A DNA stretch of 64,000 bases. It comes from an uncultured Verrucomicrobiae bacterium. Its GTDB lineage: Bacteria > Verrucomicrobiota > Verrucomicrobiia > Chthoniobacterales > UBA10450. The stretch spans positions 64,001 to 128,000 of the forward strand of contig CAVSDR010000003.1 in the NCBI GenBank assembly GCA_963726745.1, given 5' to 3'. Below, in pieces: positions 1-10,308 of this stretch. A program made the position numbers and the translations under genes. Below the pieces are notes generated by a model. The model saw only the letters and a list, made by a program, of their open reading frames with translations. It was not told the origin of the DNA and did not search any database. The number at the start of each line of letters is the position of its first letter. The first letter of the stretch is position 1.

Positions 1-680
1 TTACCGGCGCCTTCCCACCAGTTTCCGGAGGCCGCGGTGGAGTCGAAGACGTTGCCATCCGCTAGATGCAGCCGGACGACGAAGGTCTCCGGTTGCGCGA
101 GCGACGCCGGCATTTCGTCACCTGTCTTTTCCTCAAATAGGAGGTCGAAACGGAGCCGCGGCGCCTGGCCCGGGATGTCGGAGGTTCCGCCGGAAACAAG
201 GGCAGAGATCGTCCGGTGCTCGGCGCCGGGGATGGGAAAATGCGGATAGTAAATGCGGCTCCAGCGCGCTTCCGGGCGCACGGCTGGCGGCGGATTTTTA
301 GCCGACGGGTTCGCCTTTGCGGCGGGCGCGTTCTGGGCCACCGACGGCACGGTGACGACGGAATTCTCGCCGCCCCAGCCATCGGGCGCGGTCGCGGGAT
401 TGGCCAGGTCGCGCTCCCACTGCCCGTCGGCGACAAACTTGTATTGATACGTCCCCGGCGGGAGTGGCAACTCGGCGACCCAGGTCCCATCGCGCGCGCG
501 CTGCATGGGCGTGGCCGTGGCGCTCCAGTCGTTGAAATCCCCGGCAAGGAAAACGGCCTGCGCGTTCGCCCGCGTGAAGCGTGTGAGCGCGGCGCTGGGC
601 GGATCGCTCGATCCTTTGCCGCAACCAGAGAGGGCGAAGGCGCCCAGCAGCAGGAGCCAACATGCCGAGCGGCGGTTCAC
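1..680 (-). CDS. Lipoprotein with CBM48/AMPK-type glycogen-binding domain (partial, runs off left edge; absent from ORF track)
   Basis: Manual translation from GTG at 680: MNRRSACWLLLLGAFALSGC (lipobox LSGC) ... VFLAGDFNDWSATATPMQRARDGTWVAELPLPPGTYQYKFVADGQW, typical of CBM48. The frame stays open to position 1. Confidence 0.8.
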   Translation of the reverse strand, partial: MNRRSACWLLLLGAFALSGCGKGSSDPPSAALTRFTRANAQAVFLAGDFNDWSATATPMQRARDGTWVAELPLPPGTYQYKFVADGQWERDLANPATAPDGWGGENSVVTVPSVAQNAPAAKANPSAKNPPPAVRPEARWSRIYYPHFPIPGAEHRTISALVSGGTSDIPGQAPRLRFDLLFEEKTGDEMPASLAQPETFVVRLHLADGNVFDSTAASGNWWEGAG

Positions 681-905
681 GGTCGCAAGGCTAACGACAA
701 GACCGAGCGCGAGGAAGGCCAAATCCGGGGACGGCCACGCGCCGCGGCGGGGGCGAGATCGCGCGCGGTGCAGAACTCCGAGGCGCGGCCGTGGCCGGTT
801 TAATCCTGTAAAATCCTTTTCATCCTGTCCTTCCCTTCTCAGCGGGAGTCGCGCGCCGTGCATCCGTGGGCGAAGGTCCTGGCGATGCTGCCACCGGGCG
901 AAGTG

Positions 906-3467
906 ATGCCTAAAGCGCTCTATGCGCGCTTGCATCCGCGCTTGCGGAAGTGGTTCCGCGCGACTTTCCCCAGCTTTAGTCACGCGCAATTGCTCGCAGT
1001 GCCGGCGGTGCTTGACCGCGAATCGATCTTGCTGACTTCGCCGACCGGCAGCGGTAAAACGTTTGCCGGCTTTCTCGGCGTCTTCGATTTCCTTCTGCGC
1101 GAGCTCGACGCGGGGACGCTCCGCCGGGCGGTGCAATGCATCTACGTCTCGCCGTTGCGCGCGCTCACTTACGACATCGGGAAGAATCTGCGCGCGCCGA
1201 TCGAGGGCATGGGCCTGGAGAAGGAGATCATCCTGCACGCGCGCAGCGGCGACACCAAGCCGGCCGAGCGCGCGAAGTTTCGCCGGAGCGGCGCGCACCT
1301 GCTCGTGACCACGCCGGAGAGCCTGGCGGTGATGCTCGCGCAGGAAGGCTACGCGGCGCACTTCGCGGAGTGCCGCTTTGTGATCGTGGATGAGCTGCAC
1401 TCCTTTGCCGGGAACAAGCGCGGCGCCGACCTGACCCTGTCGCTCGAGCGGGTGCAACGCCTAACGAAACATGAGCTTTGCCGCATCGGCCTTTCGGCCA
1501 CGGCCGCGCCCCTCGAGTTGCTGGCTAAATTTCTCGTCGGCACTGATCGGCCCTGCCGGATCGCGGAGGCGAAAGTGGAGAAGCAATCGATCGTGGAAGT
1601 CTTCTCGCCCATCCGGCGCAATCCCTACCCGCCGGCGGGCTACACCGGCCAGCGGCTTTATGCCGAGCTCGCGGAGCTGATCCGCTCGCGGCGTTCGGTG
1701 ATTGTCTTCACGAACGTGCGCTCGGCCGCGGAGCAGCTCGGGCTGCGGCTGCGCGAGCTGCTCCCGGAATTTGCCGACCAGATCGAGACGCACCACGCGT
1801 CGCTGGACCGGAGTGTGCGCCTGGAAGTGGAAGACCGCTTGAAGGAAGGGGAGCTGCGCGCGGTTGTCTGCTCCACTTCGCTCGAGCTCGGGATCGACAT
1901 CGGCGCGGTCGATCTCGTGGTGATGGTGGCGACGCCGAAAGGTGTCTCGCGCGCGATCCAGCGGATTGGCCGCTCCGGGCATTCCTTGAACAAGAGCAGC
2001 CACGGCATCCTCGTGGCCACGAACATCAACGACTTGGTGGAAGCGACCGTGACCGCGCGGCGGGTGCGTGAGCGGGCGCTCGACCCGATCCGCATCCAGG
2101 AGCGGCCGGTCGATGTGGTCGCGCAGCACATCGTGGGGCTGGCGAGCTTGTCGCCTATTTCGGTGGAGGAAGTTTTTTCTCTCGTTAGGCGGGCATTTCC
2201 CTTCGCGGAAATGGAGCGCGCGGAGTTCGACGCGATCGTGCACTACCTCGAAGGCGGCGGCGTTTCCCTGGAGAAACAATACGCCGGGCTCTTCGGCAAA
2301 ATCCTCGTCGAGGATGGGGTGATCTCGCTGGCGCATCCACGGGTCGCGCGGGAGTTCCTGGTCAACATCGGGACGATCGTCTCGGAGAGTTTTGTCGACG
2401 TGATCCTGCGGCGCCGGCGGCTCGGCTCGGTCGAGGAAAACTTCATCAAGCAACTGCAGCCGGGCGATCTCTTCGTGCTCGGCGGACGGATCGTTAGGCT
2501 GATCGAGACGGAACTGAACGCGGCCTACGTGGAGCGGGCCGATGGCCACCTCCCGACGGTCCCGCGCTGGAACGCAGCGAAGATGCCCCTAACGAGTGGT
2601 CTGGCGGAAGGCGTGCGCAATTTGCGGCTGGAATTAGCCAACGAGCTGGCGGCGCACGAGCCGGCGGCGGTCTCGGATTGGCTGGTGGAGAACTACCAAA
2701 TCTCGACCGCCAATGCGCTGGCTATTTTGGAATTGTTTCGCGCGCAGCTGAGCATCTCGGAGCTCCCGGTAGGCGACAAGATGTTGCTCGAGGTCTATCG
2801 CGAGGGCGATTTCTCGCATTACTTTTTCCACGCGCTCATCGGCCGAAGCGCGAACGACGCGCTCTCCCGGATCGTCGCCTGGCGGGTGAAAAATCGCATC
2901 GGCGGAAACGCGCTGGTGACGATCGATGATTACGGATTTCTCCTGACGCTGCGGCCGTTCCAGGAACTGCCGCTGGAGGATTGGCGGCTCTGCTTTGAGC
3001 GCGAAGGTGCGGAGGAGGATTTGTATGCGGCGCTGCGCGGCTCGGAACTGGTGAAGTGGCAATTCCGCGGGGTGGCGCAAACGGGTCTCATGGTCCCGCG
3101 CAATTTGCCGGGAAAAGAACGCCGTCCAAAGCAGCTCACCTGGAGCAGCGAGGTGCTCTTCCGCGTGCTGGAGCAACATGAGCCGGATCACCCGTTGCTG
3201 CACGAAGCCTACCGCCAGGCGATGCACACTTTCCTCGATGCCGAGGAAGCGTTCGCCTACCTCGACCGGGTGCAGCGTTATCACTGGCGCATGCTCGAGC
3301 TGCCGGTGGTCTCGCCTTTTGGCTTCGGAATCTACGCGAGCAAGATCAAGGAAAGCATGATGCTGGAGGACCCGGGCGCGGCGATCGAGCGGATCTACGC
3401 GGACATGTATGCTCGGGTGGAGGCCGCCGCCGCGGCCCAGGCAGCGCAGGAGCCGGCGAGCACCTAG
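906..3467 (+). CDS. lhr: ATP-dependent SF2 helicase, Lhr-core type
   Basis: SPTGSGKT Walker A, SPLRAL, TTPESL, DELH, GLSAT, HHASL, STSLELGIDIG, QRIGRSGH. About 850 aa; ATG 906 preferred over GTG 858. Confidence 0.9.
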   Translation: MPKALYARLHPRLRKWFRATFPSFSHAQLLAVPAVLDRESILLTSPTGSGKTFAGFLGVFDFLLRELDAGTLRRAVQCIYVSPLRALTYDIGKNLRAPIEGMGLEKEIILHARSGDTKPAERAKFRRSGAHLLVTTPESLAVMLAQEGYAAHFAECRFVIVDELHSFAGNKRGADLTLSLERVQRLTKHELCRIGLSATAAPLELLAKFLVGTDRPCRIAEAKVEKQSIVEVFSPIRRNPYPPAGYTGQRLYAELAELIRSRRSVIVFTNVRSAAEQLGLRLRELLPEFADQIETHHASLDRSVRLEVEDRLKEGELRAVVCSTSLELGIDIGAVDLVVMVATPKGVSRAIQRIGRSGHSLNKSSHGILVATNINDLVEATVTARRVRERALDPIRIQERPVDVVAQHIVGLASLSPISVEEVFSLVRRAFPFAEMERAEFDAIVHYLEGGGVSLEKQYAGLFGKILVEDGVISLAHPRVAREFLVNIGTIVSESFVDVILRRRRLGSVEENFIKQLQPGDLFVLGGRIVRLIETELNAAYVERADGHLPTVPRWNAAKMPLTSGLAEGVRNLRLELANELAAHEPAAVSDWLVENYQISTANALAILELFRAQLSISELPVGDKMLLEVYREGDFSHYFFHALIGRSANDALSRIVAWRVKNRIGGNALVTIDDYGFLLTLRPFQELPLEDWRLCFEREGAEEDLYAALRGSELVKWQFRGVAQTGLMVPRNLPGKERRPKQLTWSSEVLFRVLEQHEPDHPLLHEAYRQAMHTFLDAEEAFAYLDRVQRYHWRMLELPVVSPFGFGIYASKIKESMMLEDPGAAIERIYADMYARVEAAAAAQAAQEPAST

Positions 3468-3476
3468 GGCAAACAA

Positions 3477-3506
3477 GAAGGGGCAGGTCTTGCGACCCAC
3501 CCCTTC
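3477..3506. terminator. Imperfect hairpin between convergent lhr and pilC
   Basis: GAAGGGGcaGGTC-ttgc-GACCcaCCCCTTC inverted repeat 10 nt after the lhr stop; no clear U-tract. Confidence 0.5.
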
Positions 3507-3529
3507 CAGCTACCGAGCTAGGCTTCTCC

Positions 3530-3577
3530 TTAGCTTTTGCTCTGCGAAATTTTCTAGCTCTTACTCTGCGAGACGAT
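3530..3577 (-). repeat. 24-bp in-frame tandem duplication of the pilC 3' end
   Basis: Minus strand reads atc gtc tcg cag agt aag agc TAG aaa att tcg cag agc aaa agc TAA (IVSQSKS* KISQSKS*). Confidence 0.75.
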
Positions 3578-4777
3578 CTCGTTGAGCTTGAAGATCGGCA
3601 GGAACATCGCGATCACGATGCCGCCGACGATGACCCCGAGAAAGACGATCAGGAGCGGCTCGATCAAGGACGTGAGCGCGTCGAGCAGCGCTTCGATTTC
3701 TTCGTCCCAGAAGTCGGCCATCTTCTCGAGCATGGTGTCGATTTTGCCGGTGGCTTCGCCGGCCGAGACCATGCGCAGGAGCATCGGGGGGAAGATCGCC
3801 TTCTTCGAGAGCGCGACCGAGAGGTTGTCGCCTCGTTCCACGTCCTCGGCCACGCCCTTGACGCTGGTTTCGATGACGTGATTGCCGGAGGCGCCGGCGA
3901 CAATGTCGAGCACTTCCAGGATCGGCACGCCCGAGCGGATGAGCTGGGCGAAGGTGCGCGAGAAGCGCGACATGCAGATCTTTTGGATGAGCGGGCCGAA
4001 GACCGGGAGCTTGAGCTTCCAGCGATCCCAGAGCTGCTTGCCGCGGGTCGAGCGGACGAAAGTGCGAATGCCGAAGAAGACCGCGAGCAGGCCGCCGACG
4101 AGGAAGTACCACTCGTTCCGCATGAAGTCGCTCAGGTCGATGAGGAATTGCGTGGGCGCCGGGAGCTTGGCCCCGAAGTCCTTGAAGATTTCGCCGAAGA
4201 TCGGCACCACTTTCACGATCAAGAACGTGGTAATGGCGAAGGCGATGCAGATGACGATGACCGGGTAGGTCATGGCCGACTTCACCTTCTTGCGCAGGCG
4301 GGCATTGGCCTCGAGGAAGCCCGCCAGCCGGTCGAGAATCTCCGCGAGCAATCCGCCGTGTTCGCCTGCTTTGACCATGCTGACAAAGAGTCGATCGAAC
4401 ACGCGCGGATGCTTTGCGAGAGACTCGTGGAAAGTTTCACCGCCTTGGACGCGGACGGTCAGATCGCTGATGACCTCGCGCAGGCCTTTCTGCTTTTTTA
4501 CGTCGCACTGATCGTAGAGGGCGGTCAACGCCTGGACCAGGGAGATGCCGGCCTCGATCATGGTCGAGAGCTGGCGGGTGCAGAGGACGAGGTCGGTTTC
4601 CTTGACCTTCCAATTCTTCTTTTTGGTTCGGCCCGCCGCGGCCTTTTGCTGCAGCGAGAGCACCATGAGCCCACGGCCCATGAGGGAACTGACGGCGTTA
4701 TCTTCATTCAACGCCTCCTGAATGCCGGAAACGATCTTTCCGGAGGTATCACGAGCTTGGTAGGAGAAGGAGATCAT
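3554..4777 (-). CDS. pilC: Type IV pilus / T2SS F-family inner-membrane platform protein
   Basis: RQLSTMIEAGISLVQAL, GEHGGLL, SAMTYP, GEATGKIDTML, LIEPLLIVFLG..AMFLPIF; duplicated T2SSF domains. Confidence 0.92.
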   Translation of the reverse strand: MISFSYQARDTSGKIVSGIQEALNEDNAVSSLMGRGLMVLSLQQKAAAGRTKKKNWKVKETDLVLCTRQLSTMIEAGISLVQALTALYDQCDVKKQKGLREVISDLTVRVQGGETFHESLAKHPRVFDRLFVSMVKAGEHGGLLAEILDRLAGFLEANARLRKKVKSAMTYPVIVICIAFAITTFLIVKVVPIFGEIFKDFGAKLPAPTQFLIDLSDFMRNEWYFLVGGLLAVFFGIRTFVRSTRGKQLWDRWKLKLPVFGPLIQKICMSRFSRTFAQLIRSGVPILEVLDIVAGASGNHVIETSVKGVAEDVERGDNLSVALSKKAIFPPMLLRMVSAGEATGKIDTMLEKMADFWDEEIEALLDALTSLIEPLLIVFLGVIVGGIVIAMFLPIFKLNEIVSQSKS

Positions 4778-4861
4778 AGTTTCTAGTAGTTATAGTTGGT
4801 ATAGCATCTGTAATGCCAGCCTCGGCACTTGTTCCTTGCCGCTCGCTCTCCCTCGCGCCAG

Positions 4862-5479
4862 ATGTTCCCCGTGCCCGACGCCCTGCCCGAAGTCTCCCGC
4901 CTCTCGCCTTGGGTGGCCGTGGCCCAATGGTTCGACCCCACGGTCAAGGCAGACCTTTACGCCAGCGCGCTCGGCACGGAGGCCGGGCTTTGCCTGGTCG
5001 ATCCTTTCGCGGCCAGCGATGATTTCCTGGAGGAATTCTGCCGCCGGGAGACCGTCGCCGCGGTGGTGATCACGAATGAAAACCACCACCGCGCCAGCGC
5101 CGCCTGCGCCGCCAAACTCCGGGCACCCCTCTTCGCGCATGCCGATGCGGGTGTGCCCGGGGCGCGGGCGGCCGGCGAACTGCCGGAAGTCATCGCCGGG
5201 CTGGACGTGCTCGAAATCCCGGGCGCGCCCGCCGGGGAGATCGCGCTCTGGTTCCCGCTCGACGGCGGGACCGTGGTCGTGGGCGATGCCTTGATTCACT
5301 TCGGCTCGCACGGCTTCGATTTGCTCCCGGCGAAATACTGCCGGAACGCGAAACTGATGCGCCGTTCGCTCCAGCGACTGCTCGGGTGGGACTGGAGCCA
5401 GCTTCTCTTTGCCCACGGCGTGCCCATTCGGGAAAAGGCGCGCGCGAAATTAGCCGGCCTGCTGGCAGGCGCGGCATGA
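4862..5479 (+). CDS. Degenerate metallo-beta-lactamase-fold protein
   Basis: LVDP..VVITNENHHR..VVGDAL..LLFAHG pattern; canonical HxHxDH is altered. Confidence 0.65.
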   Translation: MFPVPDALPEVSRLSPWVAVAQWFDPTVKADLYASALGTEAGLCLVDPFAASDDFLEEFCRRETVAAVVITNENHHRASAACAAKLRAPLFAHADAGVPGARAAGELPEVIAGLDVLEIPGAPAGEIALWFPLDGGTVVVGDALIHFGSHGFDLLPAKYCRNAKLMRRSLQRLLGWDWSQLLFAHGVPIREKARAKLAGLLAGAA

Positions 5480-6342
5480 ATGCACCGGGGCTAGGCAGCG
5501 CTTTCGGACGTTTCCTTACCTTCATCCGGTTCTCGCACACGATCTTCGCCCTGCCGTTCGCGCTCGCGGCGCTCTTGGTGGCGGCGCGCGGATGGCCTTC
5601 GGGGCGCATCTTGCTGCTTGTTTTGGTCTGCATGGTCCTGGCGCGGACGGTAGCCATGCTCTTCAATCGCCTGGCCGATTGGTCGCTCGACCAGCGCAAC
5701 CCTCGCACGGCCATGCGCCATCGATTGGTCCGTCGGCCGGTTGCGATCCTCTTCCTGGGGGTCGGCGCGCTGGCCTTCGTTCTTGCGGCGGCCGCGATCA
5801 ATCCTCTCGCCGGTTGGCTGGCGCCGGTCGCGCTGGTGATTGTCTGCTTTTACTCGTTAACCAAACGCTTTACCGACGTGACCCACTTCTTCCTCGGTCT
5901 GGCGCTCGCGGTGGCGCCGGCGGGGGCGTGGATCGCACAGACCGGAAGACTCGAGCTTCCGCCGCTCGTGCTTGGCCTGGGCGTCATCCTTTGGGTTGCC
6001 GGCTTCGACCTGATTTATGCCACGCAGGATTGGGAATTCGACCGTCGCGAAGGGTTGCACTCGCTCGTGGTGCGGCTCGGCATTCCCGCCAGCCTCCGGC
6101 TCGCGCAGGCGCTGCACCTGGCGATGTTCGCCGTGCTCCTTCTCTTCGGCGTGGTGGCGCACCTCGGCGCGGTTTACTTCGCGGCCATGCCGTTGATCGC
6201 GCTGGCTCTCTTCTATGAACACCGGGCCGCCCGCGGGCTCGACCTCGCGGCCATCAACCGCGCTTTCTTCCAGAGCAACGCTTTCGTGAGCGCCGTTTTC
6301 CTTGCAGCGGTTGCGCTCGATCTTTGGTGGCGCGGAAATTAG
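5476..6342 (+). CDS. UbiA-family prenyltransferase (MqnP/ubiA_other-like)
   Basis: FSHTIFALPFAL, FNRLAD..LDQRNPRT..R, YSLTKRFT, GFDLIYATQD..FD; multiple TM helices; ATGA overlap with upstream gene. Confidence 0.88.
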   Translation: MNAPGLGSAFGRFLTFIRFSHTIFALPFALAALLVAARGWPSGRILLLVLVCMVLARTVAMLFNRLADWSLDQRNPRTAMRHRLVRRPVAILFLGVGALAFVLAAAAINPLAGWLAPVALVIVCFYSLTKRFTDVTHFFLGLALAVAPAGAWIAQTGRLELPPLVLGLGVILWVAGFDLIYATQDWEFDRREGLHSLVVRLGIPASLRLAQALHLAMFAVLLLFGVVAHLGAVYFAAMPLIALALFYEHRAARGLDLAAINRAFFQSNAFVSAVFLAAVALDLWWRGN

Positions 6343-6776
6343 CCGGCCGCCTGGTCGAGCATGGCAATCCGCCGCGCGTGCCGCCCGCCCTCGAACTCCG
6401 TCGTTAACCAGACGCGCACCAACGCCAGCGCGGTCGCCTCCGGAATGACCCGTTCGCCTAACGAGAGCACGTTCGCGTCGTTGTGCTGCCGTGAGAGCCG
6501 CGCGACCTCTTCGGTCCAACAAAGCGCGCAGCGCACCCCGCGGACTTTATTCGCGGTCATGGCCTCGCCGTTTCCGGATCCGCCGAAAACGATCGCCCGC
6601 TCGCACTCGCCCTGCGCGACCGCTTCCGCCGCCGGCCGGACGAAGAGTGGATAGTCGACCGCCTCTTCGCTGAAGCAGCCGAAGTCCTGCACCTCGTGCC
6701 CGAGCTCCTCGAGCAGCGTCTTGACCTTCTCCTTCAGCCGATAGCCGGCGTGATCCGTCCCGAGCGCGATTTTCAT
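6339..6776 (-). CDS. rpiB: Ribose-5-phosphate isomerase B
   Basis: MKIALGTDHAG, VDYP, GGSGNGE, ANKVRGVRCAL, RQHNDANVL, FEGGRHARRI. Confidence 0.95.
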   Translation of the reverse strand: MKIALGTDHAGYRLKEKVKTLLEELGHEVQDFGCFSEEAVDYPLFVRPAAEAVAQGECERAIVFGGSGNGEAMTANKVRGVRCALCWTEEVARLSRQHNDANVLSLGERVIPEATALALVRVWLTTEFEGGRHARRIAMLDQAAG

Positions 6777-6786
6777 GGGACGATTC

Positions 6787-7791
6787 CTAAAGGCGCCCCG
6801 CCGCGGAGGCAAACCGCGAGCTCAACTCGTCGGCAAAGCTGCGAGCTGCTGCCAGAGTTCGCGCTCCCGCTCTGTGAGCGACTTCGGCACGCACAAGCGT
6901 CACCACCACGTAAAGGTCACCGCGATCGCCCCCGGCGTTCGGCAATCCGCGCCCGCGCAGGCGGAAGCGCTGTCCGGGCTGCGTGCCCGCGGGAATCTTC
7001 AGCCGGCGCGTTTCCTCGAGCGTGGATACGCTCAATTCGCTGCCTAAAACCGCCTGCCATGGCGCCACCTCGACTTCGTGGATCAGGTCGCTGCCTTCGA
7101 CCGAAAAATCCGGATGCCGCGCGAGTCGCACGCGCAGGAAGAGATCCCCGCTTTGGCCGCCGCGCGCGCCCGCTTCGCCCTGCCCGGCAAGCCGAATGCG
7201 CTGCCCTTCATGGACTCCGCGCGGGATTTTCACCTGGTAAGTCTCGACCTTCCCGCCGGAGCTGCGCCGCAGCGAAACCGTCCGCTTTGCGCCATGCAGT
7301 GCTTCTTCCAGCGGAACCATGATGTCCGCCTCCACGTCGCTCCCGCGGGCCGCGCCGGCCGCTTGCCGCGGAGGAAAGCCAGTCGCGCCGCCGCCGCCGA
7401 AAGCCGATTTCCCGCGGCCACCACCGAAGAACGCCTCGAAGAAATCGCTGAAGCCGGTGCCGCCAAACTCGAACTCCACGCCGCCATCGCCCGGGCTCCA
7501 GCGCTGGTAACCGCCGCCCGGCTGCCCGCCGCCCGGCGGTCGCGCAAAGCCACCGCCCGGCTGGTTCCAATCCGCCCCGAGCTGGTCGTATTTCTGGCGC
7601 TTTTCCTTGTCGCTCAGGACCTCGTAGGCCTCGTTGATCTGCTTGAACTTTTCCTCCGCGGTCTTCTTGTCCTTGGCTACGTCGGGATGGAATTTCCGCG
7701 CGAGCTTGCGGAAAGCCGACTTGATCTCGTCCTCGCTCGCGGTCTTGCTGACGCCAAGGGTTTCGTAGTAATCGCGGAACTGCACAGCCAT
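6787..7791 (-). CDS. DnaJ class B / CbpA-like chaperone (C-terminal frameshift near 6891)
   Basis: J-domain with HPD, G/F-rich region, no Zn finger. The expected ending [22 protein letters not shown] lies in another frame, with its stop at about 6822. Confidence 0.9.
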   Translation of the reverse strand: MAVQFRDYYETLGVSKTASEDEIKSAFRKLARKFHPDVAKDKKTAEEKFKQINEAYEVLSDKEKRQKYDQLGADWNQPGGGFARPPGGGQPGGGYQRWSPGDGGVEFEFGGTGFSDFFEAFFGGGRGKSAFGGGGATGFPPRQAAGAARGSDVEADIMVPLEEALHGAKRTVSLRRSSGGKVETYQVKIPRGVHEGQRIRLAGQGEAGARGGQSGDLFLRVRLARHPDFSVEGSDLIHEVEVAPWQAVLGSELSVSTLEETRRLKIPAGTQPGQRFRLRGRGLPNAGGDRGDLYVVVTLVRAEVAHRAGARTLAAARSFADELSSRFASAAGRL

Positions 7792-7871
7792 TTTGCGACG
7801 AAAGCTTGTCCGCAACGCCGCGCCCGTGCAACCGGGTTGCTTCCGCTGCGTGCTTCCAGAAAATTGCCGCC

Positions 7872-8081
7872 ATGCAAGATGTCGCGAAGCTGCTCGTAAT
7901 CGGCGGCCTGTTCATTGTCGGCCTTGGCTTGCTGCTTTGGTCGGGACTTGGCGGCTGGATCGGGAAATTACCCGGCGACCTTCGGATCGAGCGCGGCGGC
8001 GGGACCTTCTACTTCCCGATCGTCACCTGCATCGTTCTTTCCATCCTGCTGACTGTTTTGCTCGCGCTTTTCCGCCGTTGA
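7872..8081 (+). CDS. DUF2905 small membrane protein
   Basis: [31 protein letters not shown] signature. Confidence 0.88.
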   Translation: MQDVAKLLVIGGLFIVGLGLLLWSGLGGWIGKLPGDLRIERGGGTFYFPIVTCIVLSILLTVLLALFRR

Positions 8082-8762
8082 ACGCGCTCGAGGAGCACGT
8101 GGCCGCGTTGCGGCAATGCCGGCGCTGCCCGCGAATGATTCCGCCGCCTGTCTCCGGCGGAGCGGTAGTCAGCCAGATCATGCTCGTGGGCCAGGCGCCC
8201 GGGGTGCGCGAGCCGGTGCTCGGGCGGCCCTTCGCGCACACCGCCGGGCGGACGCTTTTCCGCTGGTTCGAGGAGTTCTGCGGTAGCGAAGAAGCAGTCG
8301 TTAGGCAGCGAGTTTACTTTGCCGCGGTCTGCCGCTGTTTCCCGGGGAAAGCGCCCGGCGGGAGCGATCGCGTGCCCAGCCCGGAGGAAATCCGCAATTG
8401 CTCCGGCTGGATGCAGGCGGAGTTCGAGCTGCTCCGGCCGCGCTTGGTCATCGCGGTGGGAAAACTCGCGATCGCGCAGTTCCTCCCGGTGGCGAAGCTC
8501 GACCAGATCATTGGCCGGCAGTTTGCGCGTAGAGCGCTTCGACCTCATCCCGCTGCCGCATCCCAGCGGCGCTTCGCCCTGGCACAAGATCTCTCCTGGC
8601 CGTGAGCTTTTGGCCAAGGCCATGCGACTGATCGCCCGGCACCCGGCGTGGAGAGACGAATTTCAAATGGAGGAAGCCAGAGACAGGAGATTCCTGATCT
8701 TTCTGGTTTTCCCGTTTCCAAATCCATTCTCTCTTTCCGCATGCCTGAGAAACTCCGCGTGA
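8078..8762 (+). CDS. Uracil-DNA glycosylase superfamily protein (frameshift at about 8523)
   Basis: CRRC, LVGQAPG, RCFPGK..DRVP..EIRNC in one frame and [13 protein letters not shown] in the next; extra T in the ttt run at 8522-8524; true 3' end uncertain. Confidence 0.82.
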
Positions 8763-9520
8763 CCGTCTGGGGCGAAAACGTCCACGAGCGCAAGAATCCG
8801 GTGGTGCGCGAGATCTATCCCGAGGGCATGCACACCACGATCGCGGCCGCGATTGCAGAGGATGCCGGCTGCGACGTCGGCACGGCCACGCTGGAGCAGC
8901 CGGAGCATGGCCTAACGAAAGCTGTCCTCGAAGAAACTGACGTCCTGCTCTGGTGGGGCCACGCGGCCCACGGCGAAGTAGCCGACGAGATCGTGGAGCG
9001 GGTGCTCGAGCGCGTCTGGCAGGGAATGGGTTTTATCGCGCTCCATTCCGCGCACTATTCGAAACCGTTCAAGCGCCTGCTGGGCACGACGTGCTCGCTC
9101 ACCTGGCGCGAGGCAGGCGAGAAGGAGCGGCTCTGGGTTTGCCAGCCGGGCCATCCGATCGCGCGCGGGATCGAGCGCTACTTCGAGATTCCCAACGCCG
9201 AGATGTATGGCGAACCGTTCGCCATCCCTGCACCCGACGAGACGGTTTTCATCTCCTGGTTCGAGGGCGGCGAAGTCTTCCGCTCCGGCTGCACCTGGAA
9301 GCGCGGCAACGGAAAGATCTTTTACTTCCGGCCGGGCCACGAAGTTTACCCGATCTATCACCAGCCGATTGTCCGGCAGGTCTTGCGTAACGCCGTGCGC
9401 TGGGCCGCGCCGGAAGGCGAGCGTTGGATCGATCGCTGCCCGCGAATCGACGACCCGCCCGAACCCTTGACCGTCAAAGGCCCGCGGCTGCACCAGGTAG
9501 GCGAAGAAGGATTCCGATGA
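8741..9520 (+). CDS. thuA: ThuA-like trehalose utilisation protein
   Basis: [59 protein letters not shown]. Confidence 0.9.
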   Translation: MPEKLRVTVWGENVHERKNPVVREIYPEGMHTTIAAAIAEDAGCDVGTATLEQPEHGLTKAVLEETDVLLWWGHAAHGEVADEIVERVLERVWQGMGFIALHSAHYSKPFKRLLGTTCSLTWREAGEKERLWVCQPGHPIARGIERYFEIPNAEMYGEPFAIPAPDETVFISWFEGGEVFRSGCTWKRGNGKIFYFRPGHEVYPIYHQPIVRQVLRNAVRWAAPEGERWIDRCPRIDDPPEPLTVKGPRLHQVGEEGFR

Positions 9521-10308
9521 ACAACGATCAACGAACGGCAGAGATGGTCGCCAAAGTCCCGCAGGTCACGCTGCTGTTTTGGATCATCAAGATTCTTGCG
9601 ACCACGCTTGGCGAGACCGGCGGCGACGCGGTCACGATGTCGTGGTTGGGCGAGACCAGCGCGGAAGCCAACGGCTCCGGTTACCTGATCGGGACGGCTA
9701 TTTTTGGCGTCATTTTCATCGTCGCGGTCCTGGTGCAAATCCGCGCGGCGAAGTTTCATCCGCTGCTCTACTGGTTCACGATTGTGGCCACGACCACCGT
9801 CGGGACCACGCTGGCGGATTACTGCACGCGCTCGCTCGGGATCGGCTACACCGGCGGCTCAGCCATCCTGCTCTTTCTGGTGGTGGCCTCACTGGTTGTC
9901 TGGCGCTGGAGCACCGGGAGCATCTCGGTCGAGACGGTGGCCACGCCAAAGGTCGAGATCTTCTACTGGGTCACGATCATGTTCTCGCAAACCCTCGGCA
10001 CCGCGCTCGGCGATTGGGTCGCGGACACGAACGAAACCGGCTACCTCGGCGCGGCCGCGCTTTTCGGCGGGCTGCTCGTGGTCACCGCGCTGCTCTTTTA
10101 CTTCACCAAGATCTCGCGCGCAGTTTTGTTTTGGGCGGCCTTTATCCTCACGCGCCCGCTCGGCGCAGTCGTGGGCGACTTTCTCGACAAGCCGCACGCC
10201 CAAGGCGGACTCGCACTCAGCCGTTACTCCGCCTCCGTCGCGCTGCTGGTGGTGATCGTTGCGCTCATCCTTGTCTTCCGGCAAAAGCCGGCCGCACGCG
10301 CCCACTAG
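9517..10308 (+). CDS. COG4705/DUF347 repeat membrane protein
   Basis: [48 protein letters not shown]. Confidence 0.88.
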   Translation: MNNDQRTAEMVAKVPQVTLLFWIIKILATTLGETGGDAVTMSWLGETSAEANGSGYLIGTAIFGVIFIVAVLVQIRAAKFHPLLYWFTIVATTTVGTTLADYCTRSLGIGYTGGSAILLFLVVASLVVWRWSTGSISVETVATPKVEIFYWVTIMFSQTLGTALGDWVADTNETGYLGAAALFGGLLVVTALLFYFTKISRAVLFWAAFILTRPLGAVVGDFLDKPHAQGGLALSRYSASVALLVVIVALILVFRQKPAARAH

